DNA of 64,000 nucleotides, taken from contig CAWGIY010000007.1 in the NCBI GenBank assembly GCA_963822845.1, forward strand, positions 47,657 to 111,656. The letters run 5' to 3'. The stretch comes from an uncultured Chloroflexia bacterium. Its GTDB lineage: Bacteria > Chloroflexota > Limnocylindria > QHBO01. The position numbers were made by a program, and so were the translations under genes. Of this stretch, positions 1 to 9,486 are shown in pieces. Numbering within the stretch: position 1 is the stretch's first letter; each line of letters opens with the position of its first letter. The notes under the pieces are model-generated. The model made no database searches, had not been told where the DNA came from, and saw only the letters and a program-made list of their open reading frames with translations.

Positions 1-6
1 ACCGGG

Positions 7-1506
7 ATGTACCTGGCGGTCGTGCTGCCCGGCGACCGCCTCGACGCGGCCGCGCTGGAGGCGCTACCGGTGCACGTCGCGTATCTGATCGGCTTCGGAG
101 TCGTTGCCGGCCTGTTCAGCCGCATCGTCATCGGGCGGGCAGAGGAGAACGCGAAGCTCCAGGCCCAGCTTGTCGAGGAGGAGCGTCAGCGCGAGGAGAC
201 CCGTGAGCGCGAGCTGCTCAGCCGGCTCGGCCGCGACTTCGGTGCCTCGCTCGAGCGGAACGCCACGCTGGAGGCGATCGCGGTCGGATCCGCGCCGGTG
301 CTCGGTGGTGCGACCGTCGTCTTCACCGTCGACGACGTCGAGCACTGCCTCGAGCCGGCGGCCGCCGCGGGCCCTGACGGCGAGCTCGTCGATGCGTGGC
401 GCGCATTCGCCGACGGACGGCGCCAGCGGCTCGGTGAGGGGCTGATCGGGTCGGTGGGCGCGACGACGGCGACGCGCCAGGCCACCGCCGCCGAGATCCA
501 GACCGGCGATCCGGACGGGATGCGGGCGCTGGGCATCGATTGGTTGGTGGCGGTGCCGATCCTGGCCGGCGGACGCCTGCAGGGCGTGCTCGCCACCGCT
601 GGACGGAGTGACCGTCCGCTCGAGGAGCGCATCCGCCGCATGGCCGAGGCGGTCGCGGAGCGCGCCGGGCCGGCGCTGCAGAACGCCCAGCTGTGGTCCG
701 ACCTGCAGGAGCGCATGGCACGTGAGCAGGCCGCGACGCGCATCAAGGACGACTTCCTCTCCATCGTCAGCCACGAGCTGCGCACGCCGCTGACGAGCAT
801 CCAGGGCTACTCGCAGCTGCTCGAGGGCCGGCTGCGCAGCGAGCACGACGGGGAGAGCAAGGAGATGGCGCACCTTCGCGTCATCCGCTCGCAGGTGGGC
901 CGCATGCGCCGGCTGGTGGACGACCTGCTCGATGTCAGCCGCATCGACCGGCGCGGCGGGGTGAGCATCGAGCCGATCGACTTCGATCTCGCCGACGAGC
1001 TGCGCGAGGCCGTCGGCCGGCTCCGCCGCGAGCACGCCGATCGCAGCGTCGCGGTCACCGCGCCCGACGCGCTTCCGCTCCACGCCGATCGCGACCGCCT
1101 GGGCCAGGTGCTCAGCAACCTGCTCGAGAACGCGGTGAAGTACTCGCCGGACGGCGGCCCGATCGAGGTCGTCGCCGAGCGGCGCGGCGGCGAGATCGAG
1201 GTCCGCGTCTCCGACGCCGGCATCGGCATCCCGGCGGAGCATCGTGAGAACGTCTTCGAGCGCTTCTACCAGGCCGATGGCGACGCCGGCCGGCGTCGCT
1301 TCGGTGGTCTCGGCCTGGGCCTGTACATCAGCCGCGCCATCATCGACGCGCACAGCGGGCGGATCTGGGCCAGCGCGAACACCGAGGCCGCGTCGGGATC
1401 GGTCTTCGGCTTCCGCATCCCGCGCGTGGCGATGCCGCTGGCGACCACGGCGATCGCGCCGACCGGTGAGGCGCCGGACTTCGTCCTCCGCCGCCGGGAG
1501 GAATGA
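7..1506 (+). CDS. Membrane GAF-domain sensor histidine kinase (probably starts upstream of the window)
   Basis: N-terminal TM segments, GAF region, H-box SHELRTPLTSI, N-box NLLENAVKYS, G boxes DAGIGI and GGLGLGLYIS. Confidence 0.9.
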   Translation: MYLAVVLPGDRLDAAALEALPVHVAYLIGFGVVAGLFSRIVIGRAEENAKLQAQLVEEERQREETRERELLSRLGRDFGASLERNATLEAIAVGSAPVLGGATVVFTVDDVEHCLEPAAAAGPDGELVDAWRAFADGRRQRLGEGLIGSVGATTATRQATAAEIQTGDPDGMRALGIDWLVAVPILAGGRLQGVLATAGRSDRPLEERIRRMAEAVAERAGPALQNAQLWSDLQERMAREQAATRIKDDFLSIVSHELRTPLTSIQGYSQLLEGRLRSEHDGESKEMAHLRVIRSQVGRMRRLVDDLLDVSRIDRRGGVSIEPIDFDLADELREAVGRLRREHADRSVAVTAPDALPLHADRDRLGQVLSNLLENAVKYSPDGGPIEVVAERRGGEIEVRVSDAGIGIPAEHRENVFERFYQADGDAGRRRFGGLGLGLYISRAIIDAHSGRIWASANTEAASGSVFGFRIPRVAMPLATTAIAPTGEAPDFVLRRREE

Positions 1507-1507
1507 G

Positions 1508-2590
1508 GTGGGCGCCTCGCGGATGCGCCGGCGGCGGCTCGACGAGCTGGCAGCCCGACACGGGCTCCACCTCGTTGGCGTGACGAGCGCCGAGCCACTC
1601 CCCGACGATCGCGAGCGGATGGAGGCGAGCGTCGCCGCCGGTCGGATGGGACGCATGGGCTGGATGGGCGGCGCGCGGCCGGGGCAGGCGACCGATCCCC
1701 GGCGCCAGGATCCCGAGGCACGCTCGGTCATCACCGTGGCCGCGCCATACGTTGGTGCGGATCGCGCGGAGTGGGACGCGCGGCCCTCGGCACTCCACGA
1801 GGCGCTGGCGCCGGTGCTGGCCGGCAGCCCGGCCGAGCCGGCCGGGAAGATCGCGCGCTACGCGATCGGCAGTGACTACCACGGCGCCCTGCGCGGCCGG
1901 CTCGAGGGCCTCGCCGCCGACCTGCGCGCGTCCGGGATCGCGGCGGGAGAGACCGCCTACGTCGACGACCGGCCGCTGGCCGAGCGGGCGCTGGCCGCGC
2001 GGGCCGGGCTTGGGTGGATCGGGAAGAACACGAACCTGCTCACCCACGAGCGCGCCGGCTCGTGGGTCTTCCTCGGCGCGATCCTGACCTCGGCCGAGCT
2101 TCCAGCGGACGCTCCGGTGCGCACCTCGTGCGGTGCGTGCACCAGGTGCCTGAGCGGCTGCCCGACCGGAGCGCTGGTTGCGCCCCGCACGATCGACGCG
2201 CGTCGCTGCATCAGCTATCTGACGATCGAGCACCCCGGCACGCTCGACCGCTGGGAGGCCGACGCCATCGGCGACTGGATCTTCGGCTGCGACGTGTGCC
2301 AGGAGGTCTGCCCGGTCAACGCCGACGCGGACGACAGCGGCCCGCTGCAGGTGCCGTTGCTGCCGCTCATCGAATGGCTGCTGCCGATGGGGATGCGAGC
2401 GTTCGAGCGCCGGTTCGGTGCGACCGCGCTCACGAGGGCCGGGCGCCACCGGCTGCTGCGCAACGCCATCGCCGCACTCGGGAATGGAAGGCTGACCGAT
2501 GACGGTCGGTCGTTGCTGGAGCGCGCCGCTCGGGATCGGCGCTCCGAGGTGCGGGAGCAGGCCGGGCGGGTGCTTTCTGCCGCGGGCTGA
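1508..2590 (+). CDS. queG: tRNA epoxyqueuosine(34) reductase
   Basis: IARYAIGSDYH, AGLGWIGKNT, GSWVFLG, CGACTRCLSGCPTGA, DARRCISYLTIE, FGCDVCQEVCP. Start GTG 1508 or ATG 1523. Confidence 0.92.
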   Translation: MGASRMRRRRLDELAARHGLHLVGVTSAEPLPDDRERMEASVAAGRMGRMGWMGGARPGQATDPRRQDPEARSVITVAAPYVGADRAEWDARPSALHEALAPVLAGSPAEPAGKIARYAIGSDYHGALRGRLEGLAADLRASGIAAGETAYVDDRPLAERALAARAGLGWIGKNTNLLTHERAGSWVFLGAILTSAELPADAPVRTSCGACTRCLSGCPTGALVAPRTIDARRCISYLTIEHPGTLDRWEADAIGDWIFGCDVCQEVCPVNADADDSGPLQVPLLPLIEWLLPMGMRAFERRFGATALTRAGRHRLLRNAIAALGNGRLTDDGRSLLERAARDRRSEVREQAGRVLSAAG

Positions 2591-2623
2591 ACGCTATCGG
2601 CGCTAGCGGTACCAAGCAGCTAA

Positions 2624-2777
2624 CCCGTGTGGTGCAGGCGCTCCTTGCCTCGAACGGCCACCTTGCGCGCACGTTCATCGGTCGTAGGGGTAGGGAGGGC
2701 GGGAAGGCGCCGCCGAACGCTGAGATCGGCGACTCCTAACGCTAATGGCGATAAGCCACCCCCTGGCCAGCAACGGG
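2624..2777 (-). ncRNA. ssrS: Probable 6S RNA
   Basis: Intergenic. Ends pair (CCCGT..TGG..CAGG with CCTG..CCA..ACGGG). Minus-strand 3' part GAACG..CGTTCGAGGCAAGGAGCGCCTGC resembles the 6S GAACC..GGTTCAAGG..GCCTGC motif. No covariance search was run. Confidence 0.55.
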
Positions 2778-2806
2778 CGCCACAGCGCCGACTATCCTTG
2801 CGCGCG

Positions 2807-4150
2807 ATGCCGCGCGTCGCGCCCTTCCGCGGGCTGCACTACTCCGACGACCGTTTCGGCGGCACGGCCGTGCCCGATCGGGTGCGCCTGGCCGACGATG
2901 ACGACGCGCCACCGACGCGCCTTTCCGACCTGACCGACCTGGCCTGCCCGCCGTACGACGTCATCGACGAGGCAATGCGCCGCGAGCTGCTGGCCCGCGA
3001 TCCACACAACGCGGTGCGCCTCGAGCTCAACGCGCAACCGGACCCGCACGCCGCGGCGGCGACCACGCTGGCCGAGTGGGTCTCCGACGGGACCCTGGCG
3101 CGCCGCGAGGAGCCGGCGGTCTACTACTACCGCCACGCCACCGCCGCTGACCCAGATACGCCGACGGTGGAGGGGATCGTGGCGCGGGTGCGCCTCGAAC
3201 CCTGGGGAGACGGCGTGCGGCCGCACGAGCACACGATGCCGGGGCCGAAAGCCGACCGCCTCGCGCTGCTGCAAGCGACGCGGACCCAGCTCAGCCCGAT
3301 CCTGAGCGTCTACTTCGACCGCTCCGAGCGCTACCACCACGTGATGAGCCGCGCCTGGAGCGACGAGTGGCGCGCTCGCGACGGGGACGGGCTGCTCCAC
3401 CAGGTCGCCGCCACCGAGGCGGATGACCGGCTCATCGGCTATCTCGGCAGGCAGACCCTCTTCGTGGCCGACGGCCACCATCGGTACGAGACGGCCATGG
3501 CGTACCAGGCCGAGGTGCGCTCGGATCCGCGTTGGACCGATGCGCCTGCCGGGGCGCTGGGTGCGGACTGGATCATGATGCTGCTCGTCAACGCGGAGCT
3601 GTCGGAACTCGAGATCCGGCCGACCCATCGGCTGCTGCTTGACGTCGACACCGATGCGCTGCGCGAGCTGGTGGCGGGCGACGACCCGCTGTGGCAGGCG
3701 CTGCCGATCGCCCCCGCGGAGATCGGCGAGGTGCTCGAGGATCGCTCGGATGACGGGGCTCCGACGTTCGGGCTCGTCCTGCGCGGCGACGAGGGCTACC
3801 TGCTCGTGGGCGACCCCGACGGCCTGGCCGACCGGCTGCGGCGCGAGGCGATGAGCCGCGAGGTGCGAGACCTCGACCTCGCCGCGCTCCACGTGGCGGT
3901 GCTCGGGGATCGCCTCGGCATCGGTCCCGACGAAGTCGCCGGGGGCACACGCCTGGCCTACACTAGGAGCGAGGCCGATGCGCGCGAGCGCGTGGCACGC
4001 GGCGAGGCGACCGCCGCCATCCTGGTGCGACCCACGCGCCTCGAGCAGCTGGCCGCTGTCGCCGGCGCCGGGGACGTGATGCCGCAGAAGTCGACCTACT
4101 TCTATCCCAAGCTGCTGACCGGGATGGTCTTCAACCCGTTGGAGGACTGA
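2807..4150 (+). CDS. DUF1015 family protein (ParB/Srx-like fold)
   Basis: MPRVAPFRG, PPYDVI, PHEHT, ADGHHRYET, MPQKSTYFYPKLLTG signature motifs. TATCCT -10 box just upstream suggests a leaderless start. Confidence 0.9.
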   Translation: MPRVAPFRGLHYSDDRFGGTAVPDRVRLADDDDAPPTRLSDLTDLACPPYDVIDEAMRRELLARDPHNAVRLELNAQPDPHAAAATTLAEWVSDGTLARREEPAVYYYRHATAADPDTPTVEGIVARVRLEPWGDGVRPHEHTMPGPKADRLALLQATRTQLSPILSVYFDRSERYHHVMSRAWSDEWRARDGDGLLHQVAATEADDRLIGYLGRQTLFVADGHHRYETAMAYQAEVRSDPRWTDAPAGALGADWIMMLLVNAELSELEIRPTHRLLLDVDTDALRELVAGDDPLWQALPIAPAEIGEVLEDRSDDGAPTFGLVLRGDEGYLLVGDPDGLADRLRREAMSREVRDLDLAALHVAVLGDRLGIGPDEVAGGTRLAYTRSEADARERVARGEATAAILVRPTRLEQLAAVAGAGDVMPQKSTYFYPKLLTGMVFNPLED

Positions 4151-4159
4151 CGAGCCGCC

Positions 4160-5035
4160 ATGGTGCAGGCGATCAAGCGCGACGAGGTCTTCATCGAGCC
4201 CGAGGGGATCCACGTCGAGACGCACCAGCCCGAGCGGCGCTCGCGGAAGCCACCGCTGCTGCTCGTGCATGGCGCCCTCACCGGCTCGTGGCTGTGGACC
4301 GAGTTCGCCGCCTACCTCGCCGAGCGCGGCTGGGAGGCGCACGCGATGAACCTGCGCGGTCACTTCAGCTCCGACGTCGCGGACCTCGAGACCACGACGA
4401 TGCGTGACTACGCCGACGACATCGGTGTCGCGATGCGCCAGCTCGGGCGTCCGGCGGTCCTGATCGCGTGGGGCATCGGTGCGCTGGCGGCGCTGATGTA
4501 CGCGTCGCGCCGGCCCCCGCTGGGATTGGTGCTGCTGGCGCCGTCGCCCCCCGCGGCGGCCCTGCCGCGCCGGCCCGAGGAGCACGAGCTGCGCTCGGTC
4601 CCGCCCGTCTACGACGCGGCGTGGTGGGGCTGGACCGGCACGATGGAGGAGCTGCGCGCGCGGATGCCGGACATGGACGAGATGGACATCGCGAAGATGA
4701 GCGAGCTGCTCGACGGAGCCCGCGAGTCCGGCCTCGCCCGGCGGGAGCGGATGGAGGGAGTCGCGGTCGACGTCTCCGGGCTCGTCGACACCCCGAGCCT
4801 CGTCATCGGTGCCGGCCTCGACGACGTCATTCACCCCAACGAGGCGCGTCACACCGCCGACCTGCTCGGTGCCGGGTACGAGTACTTCCCGTCGGCCTCG
4901 CATTTCGGGCTGGTGATGGGGGAGCACACCTGGCCCGAGGTCGCGGCGAGTGTCCTCGGCTGGCTCGAGGAGCGCCGTCCGGCCATGACGGCCGCAACGG
5001 CGGCTGCCGGCGTCCCCGTGTCGGCCCGCCGCTAG
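4160..5035 (+). CDS. Alpha/beta hydrolase fold protein with non-canonical nucleophile elbow
   Basis: LLVHG, NLRGH, GLDDVI, SHFG motifs. Elbow reads AWGIG rather than GxSxG. Confidence 0.8.
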   Translation: MVQAIKRDEVFIEPEGIHVETHQPERRSRKPPLLLVHGALTGSWLWTEFAAYLAERGWEAHAMNLRGHFSSDVADLETTTMRDYADDIGVAMRQLGRPAVLIAWGIGALAALMYASRRPPLGLVLLAPSPPAAALPRRPEEHELRSVPPVYDAAWWGWTGTMEELRARMPDMDEMDIAKMSELLDGARESGLARRERMEGVAVDVSGLVDTPSLVIGAGLDDVIHPNEARHTADLLGAGYEYFPSASHFGLVMGEHTWPEVAASVLGWLEERRPAMTAATAAAGVPVSARR

Positions 5036-5050
5036 GGCCGATCGGCTGGT

Positions 5051-5080
5051 TTGCATCGGTCTCGCGGGCCTTGCTAGACT
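5051..5080 (+). promoter_or_regulatory. Sigma70-type promoter of tRNA-Glu
   Basis: TTGCAT, 18 nt spacer, TAGACT upstream of the tRNA. Confidence 0.6.
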
Positions 5081-5103
5081 CGGAGCCGTCCTTGCGACGT
5101 CGT

Positions 5104-5180
5104 GCCGCATTCGTCTAGAGGCCTAGGACACCGCCCTCTCAAGGCGGAGATCACCGGTTCGAATCCGGTATGCGGTACCA
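5104..5180 (+). tRNA. tRNA-Glu (CTC)
   Basis: Acceptor GCCGCAT/ATGCGGT, anticodon arm CCGCC-CTCTCAA-GGCGG, T arm ACCGG-TTCGAAT-CCGGT, encoded CCA. Confidence 0.97.
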
Positions 5181-5194
5181 AATTCCCCGTCGAG

Positions 5195-5225
5195 CCCCGA
5201 TTCTGAGCGTGAATCGGGGCTTTTT
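5195..5225 (+). terminator. Hairpin plus T-tract downstream of tRNA-Glu
   Basis: CCCCGATTC-tgagcgt-GAATCGGGG followed by CTTTTT. Confidence 0.7.
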
Positions 5226-5244
5226 CGTGTCCGCGGAATCCGCC

Positions 5245-5265
5245 GTACCCTCATTTGTACCCTCA
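5245..5265. repeat. Integrase arm-type direct repeat (left end, island 1)
   Basis: GTACCCTCA-ttt-GTACCCTCA, 12-bp period. Confidence 0.75.
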
Positions 5266-6308
5266 AACGTCCGCTGAGCACGCCGTCGAGCCGGCGAACC
5301 GCCTCGGCCTGCATGGTCGGCAGGACGTGCGAGTACCGATCGAGGGTGATGGCCACGCTGGTATGGCCCAGCATTTCGGACACGATCTTCGGGTTCACGC
5401 CGGCGATGAGCATCAGCGTGGCGGCCGTGTGGCGCAGGTCGTGGAACCGGATGGGCGGCAGCCCTTCGCGGCGCAGAAGCGGTCGCAGGCGGCGCTCGGT
5501 AATGCGCGACCCGGTCAGCGGCTCGCCGAACTCATCGGTGAAGACCAAGCCGTGGTCGGTCCAGGCCGGCCCCGCCCGCAGCCGCGCCTCAGCCTGCAGT
5601 CGGCGCTGGCGCTTGAGCGCCTCCCGCGCCGTGGTGGACAGCGCGATGCGGCGCCGGCTCTTGGGCGTCTTGGGCGCGCTCAGGCTCCATGACAGCTGAG
5701 CCCGTCCAAGACGCTTAGCGCCATATCGGCATCGCTTGCCCATTAGACGCCGCGCTCGTCCGTCCGCCCGACCGGCTGCACGCTCGACGAAGCTCATCGC
5801 CTTCGACGTGCGGCGGTTCAACACCTCGGCGACGCGGTTCACCTTCCCGCTGGCTGCGCCGGCGGAGGAGAATGCGGACGACCACTAACCGGCCGCCGAT
5901 CGCAGTCGGTGGAGTCCGGCTTCGATGGCCCGGTTTGGTGGCGCGGGGTAAGCGCCGTCGACGAGCGGCATCCCCGTCGACAGCACTGCCCATTGTCGTC
6001 CGAAAACACCATCTCCGCCGACGATCGAGCTGCCGGACTCGGATCTACCGCCTAAGCCGTGGTCCCGGGAGCTCACGATTGGCGGAAAGCTCACGGCCGA
6101 TATGGGCTCGCCTGCCCGGCTCTACGCCCTCCGGTCCGCGCTGCGTCATCGCCGCCTGACACGCTCATAACGAACGTACGGTGCCTTGGTCCGGAATCGA
6201 AACGACTTGACTACGCCGCTCGGCCTTGGGCGGGTCTAGCGTCTCACCATCGGCCGAGGGCAGCCAACTGGCCATCCTGGACGGCCCAGCTCATTGAGGT
6301 GGCTGCAA

Positions 6309-7640
6309 ATGCCCAGACCTCGCAGGCGCTTCGCCGCCATGGCCATCGCTGTTTGCATGTGTCTTTCCGCGGCCGGCATCTCACTAACCGCAGCCTCGGA
6401 ACCTTCCGCCGATGAGTCCCTCGATCCGGCACTCATCGCTGAGCGGGCCACGTATGGTCTGGGAACAGACGCCCGGTCCCTTGCGCGACTCGCGGGAGAA
6501 GGCGACGTCGGCTCAGCTCTGTTCGGCATTCCCGCAACCGCAGACGAAGTGATTCAGCTGGACCTTTCCGGACGTACGGAATTCGGAATCGCGGCCCATC
6601 AAGGCCTCATCCCGTATGCCGAGAGCCTTGAGGAATACGCTGGCGTATTCTCGAACCCCAGTGACAACGGCAATCTCACGATCCTTGTAACCAGCGACGA
6701 TCCGCAGCTCCAAGCCGAAATCGAGCGCCGGGCGCCCGCGGGTTCGCGAACGGTGACCGTTGCATTGGCACCGGTTCCCTATTCGGAGCTCGTGCGCGTT
6801 GCCGAACTGATTCGCTCCTTGTCCCTGGAGGCGTTCCCGCAGACCGACATTCATTGGGTGGGGGTCGAAGTCCAGAACAACCGCGTCCGTGTCGAGGTCG
6901 ACGAACCTCGAATTGGGGAGATGCAGTCATTGCTGGAGCGCGAGCAGGGCTTCGGCGAGGTCGATGTAATTGTCATGGCTGGGAGCCGTGGCCGCGAGGA
7001 CGCCTGCTTCCGATGGGACTGCGTCGATCCTATGAGGGCGGGCAACCAGATCAGGCGGGAGGATCAGGCTCCAGGCTATATGTCCTGCACGATGGGCTTC
7101 CACGTTTCGGCCGGATCGAACGAGATCTTCCTCACCGCTGGTCACTGCGGTCACGGGGGCGACTTCGACTGGCACCACCCGATCGCTGGGTCCACAGCTC
7201 CCATCGGTAATGACGGGGCCACGTGGTATGTCCACAACGGGGTCGACGCACAGAGGGTGACATTGCCTGACGCACAGGCGTCCAACCTCGTATTCGGTGT
7301 CAGTGGCTCGGTGACCGGATCCTTTAATCCGGGCGAGGGCGAAACCCATTGTTGGTCGCGCGGCTATACCGGTGGACCGCCCGACTGCGGGACGATCACT
7401 GACAGCTACGGCTCATGGACCGGCGACGCTTGTGGGTGCACGGTGTGGGGCACGCGCGCGAGCGGAGTGCTAACGAATCCTGGCGATAGCGGCTCACCAA
7501 TCACCTTTGGCACCAACGCTGCCTGGGCGACGGGAATCCATTCGAAGGCCTTTCCAAGCAGCGGACTCAGAGCATTTGCGAGGGTGCATCAGGTCGTAAA
7601 CCACTGGAACTTGACCATCCCGTGCGGGTATCCGTGTTGA
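6309..7640 (+). CDS. Secreted S1 (chymotrypsin-like) serine protease, alpha-lytic/streptogrisin type with pro-region
   Basis: Signal peptide, long pro-region, CTMGF, LTAGHC, GDSGSP, multiple Cys. Confidence 0.85.
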   Translation: MPRPRRRFAAMAIAVCMCLSAAGISLTAASEPSADESLDPALIAERATYGLGTDARSLARLAGEGDVGSALFGIPATADEVIQLDLSGRTEFGIAAHQGLIPYAESLEEYAGVFSNPSDNGNLTILVTSDDPQLQAEIERRAPAGSRTVTVALAPVPYSELVRVAELIRSLSLEAFPQTDIHWVGVEVQNNRVRVEVDEPRIGEMQSLLEREQGFGEVDVIVMAGSRGREDACFRWDCVDPMRAGNQIRREDQAPGYMSCTMGFHVSAGSNEIFLTAGHCGHGGDFDWHHPIAGSTAPIGNDGATWYVHNGVDAQRVTLPDAQASNLVFGVSGSVTGSFNPGEGETHCWSRGYTGGPPDCGTITDSYGSWTGDACGCTVWGTRASGVLTNPGDSGSPITFGTNAAWATGIHSKAFPSSGLRAFARVHQVVNHWNLTIPCGYPC

Positions 7641-8068
7641 GGCCTCGTCTCGCTTTGGCAGCGGTCGCGCTGACAATCGTGGCCACCGCGTGTGCGCCCA
7701 CGGTCGACGGGATCAATACGGGCCAACAAGAATTCCGTGCGACGATCAGCGACCCTCACGGGGTGCTGCTGACGGCTTCGAATCTCCCACCAGGAGAAGG
7801 ATTCTCGGGTCCCGCAGATGCCGTCCACTCGCTCGACGACCCGAACGCGATCTGGGTCACTTGGAGTGGCCTCCCGTGTCTGACCATGCCGCGTCTCGAA
7901 CTTTCGCGTGCCGAGAACGGTGCGATCACGATTGCACTCGACCCTGGGCCAAGGAACGCGGGCGGCTGCGAGGACATGTCGGTGGGCTACGGCCTTCGAC
8001 TAGTCTTCGAAGAGCCGGTCGAGGTGGAGGACGTCGCCTTCAGCGTTGCCGATGCCGAAGAGCCATAG
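7637..8068 (+). CDS. Hypothetical lipoprotein
   Basis: Hydrophobic signal with lipobox ATAC, start overlaps the protease stop, two further Cys. Confidence 0.7.
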   Translation: MRPRLALAAVALTIVATACAPTVDGINTGQQEFRATISDPHGVLLTASNLPPGEGFSGPADAVHSLDDPNAIWVTWSGLPCLTMPRLELSRAENGAITIALDPGPRNAGGCEDMSVGYGLRLVFEEPVEVEDVAFSVADAEEP

Positions 8069-8773
8069 ACGCAACACGTGGTCGCCGGGTAATCCAGAGC
8101 CCCTATTCTTGGACGGCCGCCGCGAAGGCCCGCTAGTGGTCCGCCTCTCTGGATACCGGAAGGAAGGTGCGTCTGGCGGCCATATTCGCGCCGAGGGGAA
8201 ACACTCCTACATACGCTGATGCTGCGGGGCCGAAACGTAAAACGGAGCTCCTTCATTACCTCCTGAACCAGCCTTCGCGTGACGAGACGTGGTGGAAGCT
8301 TGCTGCGTTCGCGGCAATCGATGCCTAATTTCGACCTGTACGGTGCCGCCGTATGGCCGGAGGTCGAGGCGCAAGATCTGATGGGAACCCTTCTCGCCTG
8401 ACGGGCCTGGGGCCATCGTGATGAACGGGCCGTCGGTAGCCAAGGTTCTAGCCCCGCTCTGCCCTGGAAGTGGCGAAACGACCGCCCTTTTGCGATTCAT
8501 CGACGCCTCCGAGCCGGCGACCGAAATGCGGGTCGCGCTCAGCGCGGAGGAGTTGGCGACAGCGCCGTGGCAGGCATACGCGACTACCACCCAGCTCGCA
8601 ATCCCGCCAACTCTCGGCACGGCGATGCGCTGAACCTTCTGCGCGTCAACGGCCACGGCACCATAACCCATGCCAATTGTCCCGCGTCAACTTTCTTGGA
8701 GAGTTTCGCGCTCGGATAGGTTGGGTTCTGGGCTCGGCTCGGCCAGGTTGGCCGCGCCGTCGCGGCTCTCTGT

Positions 8774-8794
8774 GTACCCTCATTCGTACCCTCA
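8774..8794. repeat. Integrase arm-type direct repeat (right end, island 1)
   Basis: GTACCCTCA-ttc-GTACCCTCA, same unit as 5245-5265. Confidence 0.75.
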
Positions 8795-8800
8795 AGCCGG

Positions 8801-8866
8801 CCGGAACCCACCGGAGCTGGCCGGAGCCCACCGTAACAACCGGACTCAGTCGGACTCCACCGGAGG
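8801..8866. repeat. CCGGA-type repeats at about 10-bp period between arm site and att core (putative RDF/Xis sites)
   Basis: ccggaaccca ccggagctgg ccggagccca ccgtaacaa ccggactcag tcggactcca ccggagg. Confidence 0.5.
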
Positions 8867-8877
8867 CTCGCCGCGAT

Positions 8878-8894
8878 TCCGGTATGCGGTACCA
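8878..8894 (+). repeat. att core, copy of the tRNA-Glu 3' end
   Basis: TCCGGTATGCGGTACCA identical to 5164-5180. Confidence 0.92.
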
Positions 8895-8962
8895 AGCACT
8901 CGTCCCGACCCCCGGTTCTGAGCACGAATCAGGGGTCTTTCCGTATGCGTCAGCGGGTCGGT

Positions 8963-8986
8963 TGACATCCAACCTGACATCTAACC
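8963..8986. repeat. Arm-type direct repeat (left end, island 2)
   Basis: TGACATCCAACC TGACATCTAACC. Confidence 0.65.
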
Positions 8987-9192
8987 GCCGAGAGCGAGCT
9001 CGAGACGGCGCATCGCTTCCTCATGTCGCCGAGGACCGCGAAGCCCGGCCATACCCGCCTCCTGAGCTAGCAGGGAGGATCGGTGCGTCGGGATAGCGGC
9101 GGCTTTAGTCGGCGCCTTTATTGACCGCGCCGCGACCTCCGGCGTGTAATCGTTGATGCGTGCCCCATCTCGGTAGTTTGGGAGGATTGGCG

Positions 9193-9486
9193 ATGAGCAA
9201 TCAGCGCGTTACCAAGAGGGTGCGAGCCGTTTGGCTTGGTCTGGCGTCGTCGCTGGTGGCGGTTCTCCTGATGGCGGCGCCAGTCGCTGCCGACCACACC
9301 AACTACTGCGGTCACGGGACCAGCCCGACCTATGTCCATATGGGTTCGACCTGGCGAACGCAGTTCAAGTACCACCTCTCAGGCAATTCGCTCCACCGCG
9401 TCTGGTACTACCGCCTTACGCAATATGCACCTGGTCAGTGGCAGTGGATCAAACAGAGCGAGGACACCATCTTTTGTGGTGTGTAG
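9193..9486 (+). CDS. Small secreted protein (97 aa) with two Cys
   Basis: GGAGGA RBS, basic N-terminus, hydrophobic core, PVAA-DH cleavage site, aromatic/His-rich mature part. Confidence 0.7.
   Translation: MSNQRVTKRVRAVWLGLASSLVAVLLMAAPVAADHTNYCGHGTSPTYVHMGSTWRTQFKYHLSGNSLHRVWYYRLTQYAPGQWQWIKQSEDTIFCGV

Larger units (their letters stand above)
5123..5700 (-). pseudogene. Tyrosine recombinase/integrase, C-terminal fragment only
   Basis: PKTPKSRR, FHDLRHTAAT, LGHTSVAITLDRYSH present. N-terminal domain and first catalytic Arg motif not seen. The ORF reads antisense into the tRNA. Confidence 0.85.
5181..8894. mobile_element. tRNA-Glu-integrated island 1 (defective integrative element)
   Basis: tRNA 3' end TCCGGTATGCGGTACCA repeated at 8878-8894. 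Integrase fragment next to the tRNA. Paired GTACCCTCA arm repeats at both ends. Lower GC than the flanks. Confidence 0.88.

Noticed and set aside
2605-2617. GCGGTACCAAGCA matching the att copy near 8886
   Set aside because: Short match, upstream of the tRNA, with no arm sites around it. Likely chance.
2430-2678. 82-aa minus-strand ORF over the queG-DUF1015 gap
   Set aside because: Overlaps queG antisense with no protein features. The region is better explained as structured RNA.
8207-8671. 154-aa minus-strand ORF in island 1
   Set aside because: No recognisable motif, RBS or codon bias. May be a decayed phage-like fragment, so it was not called.
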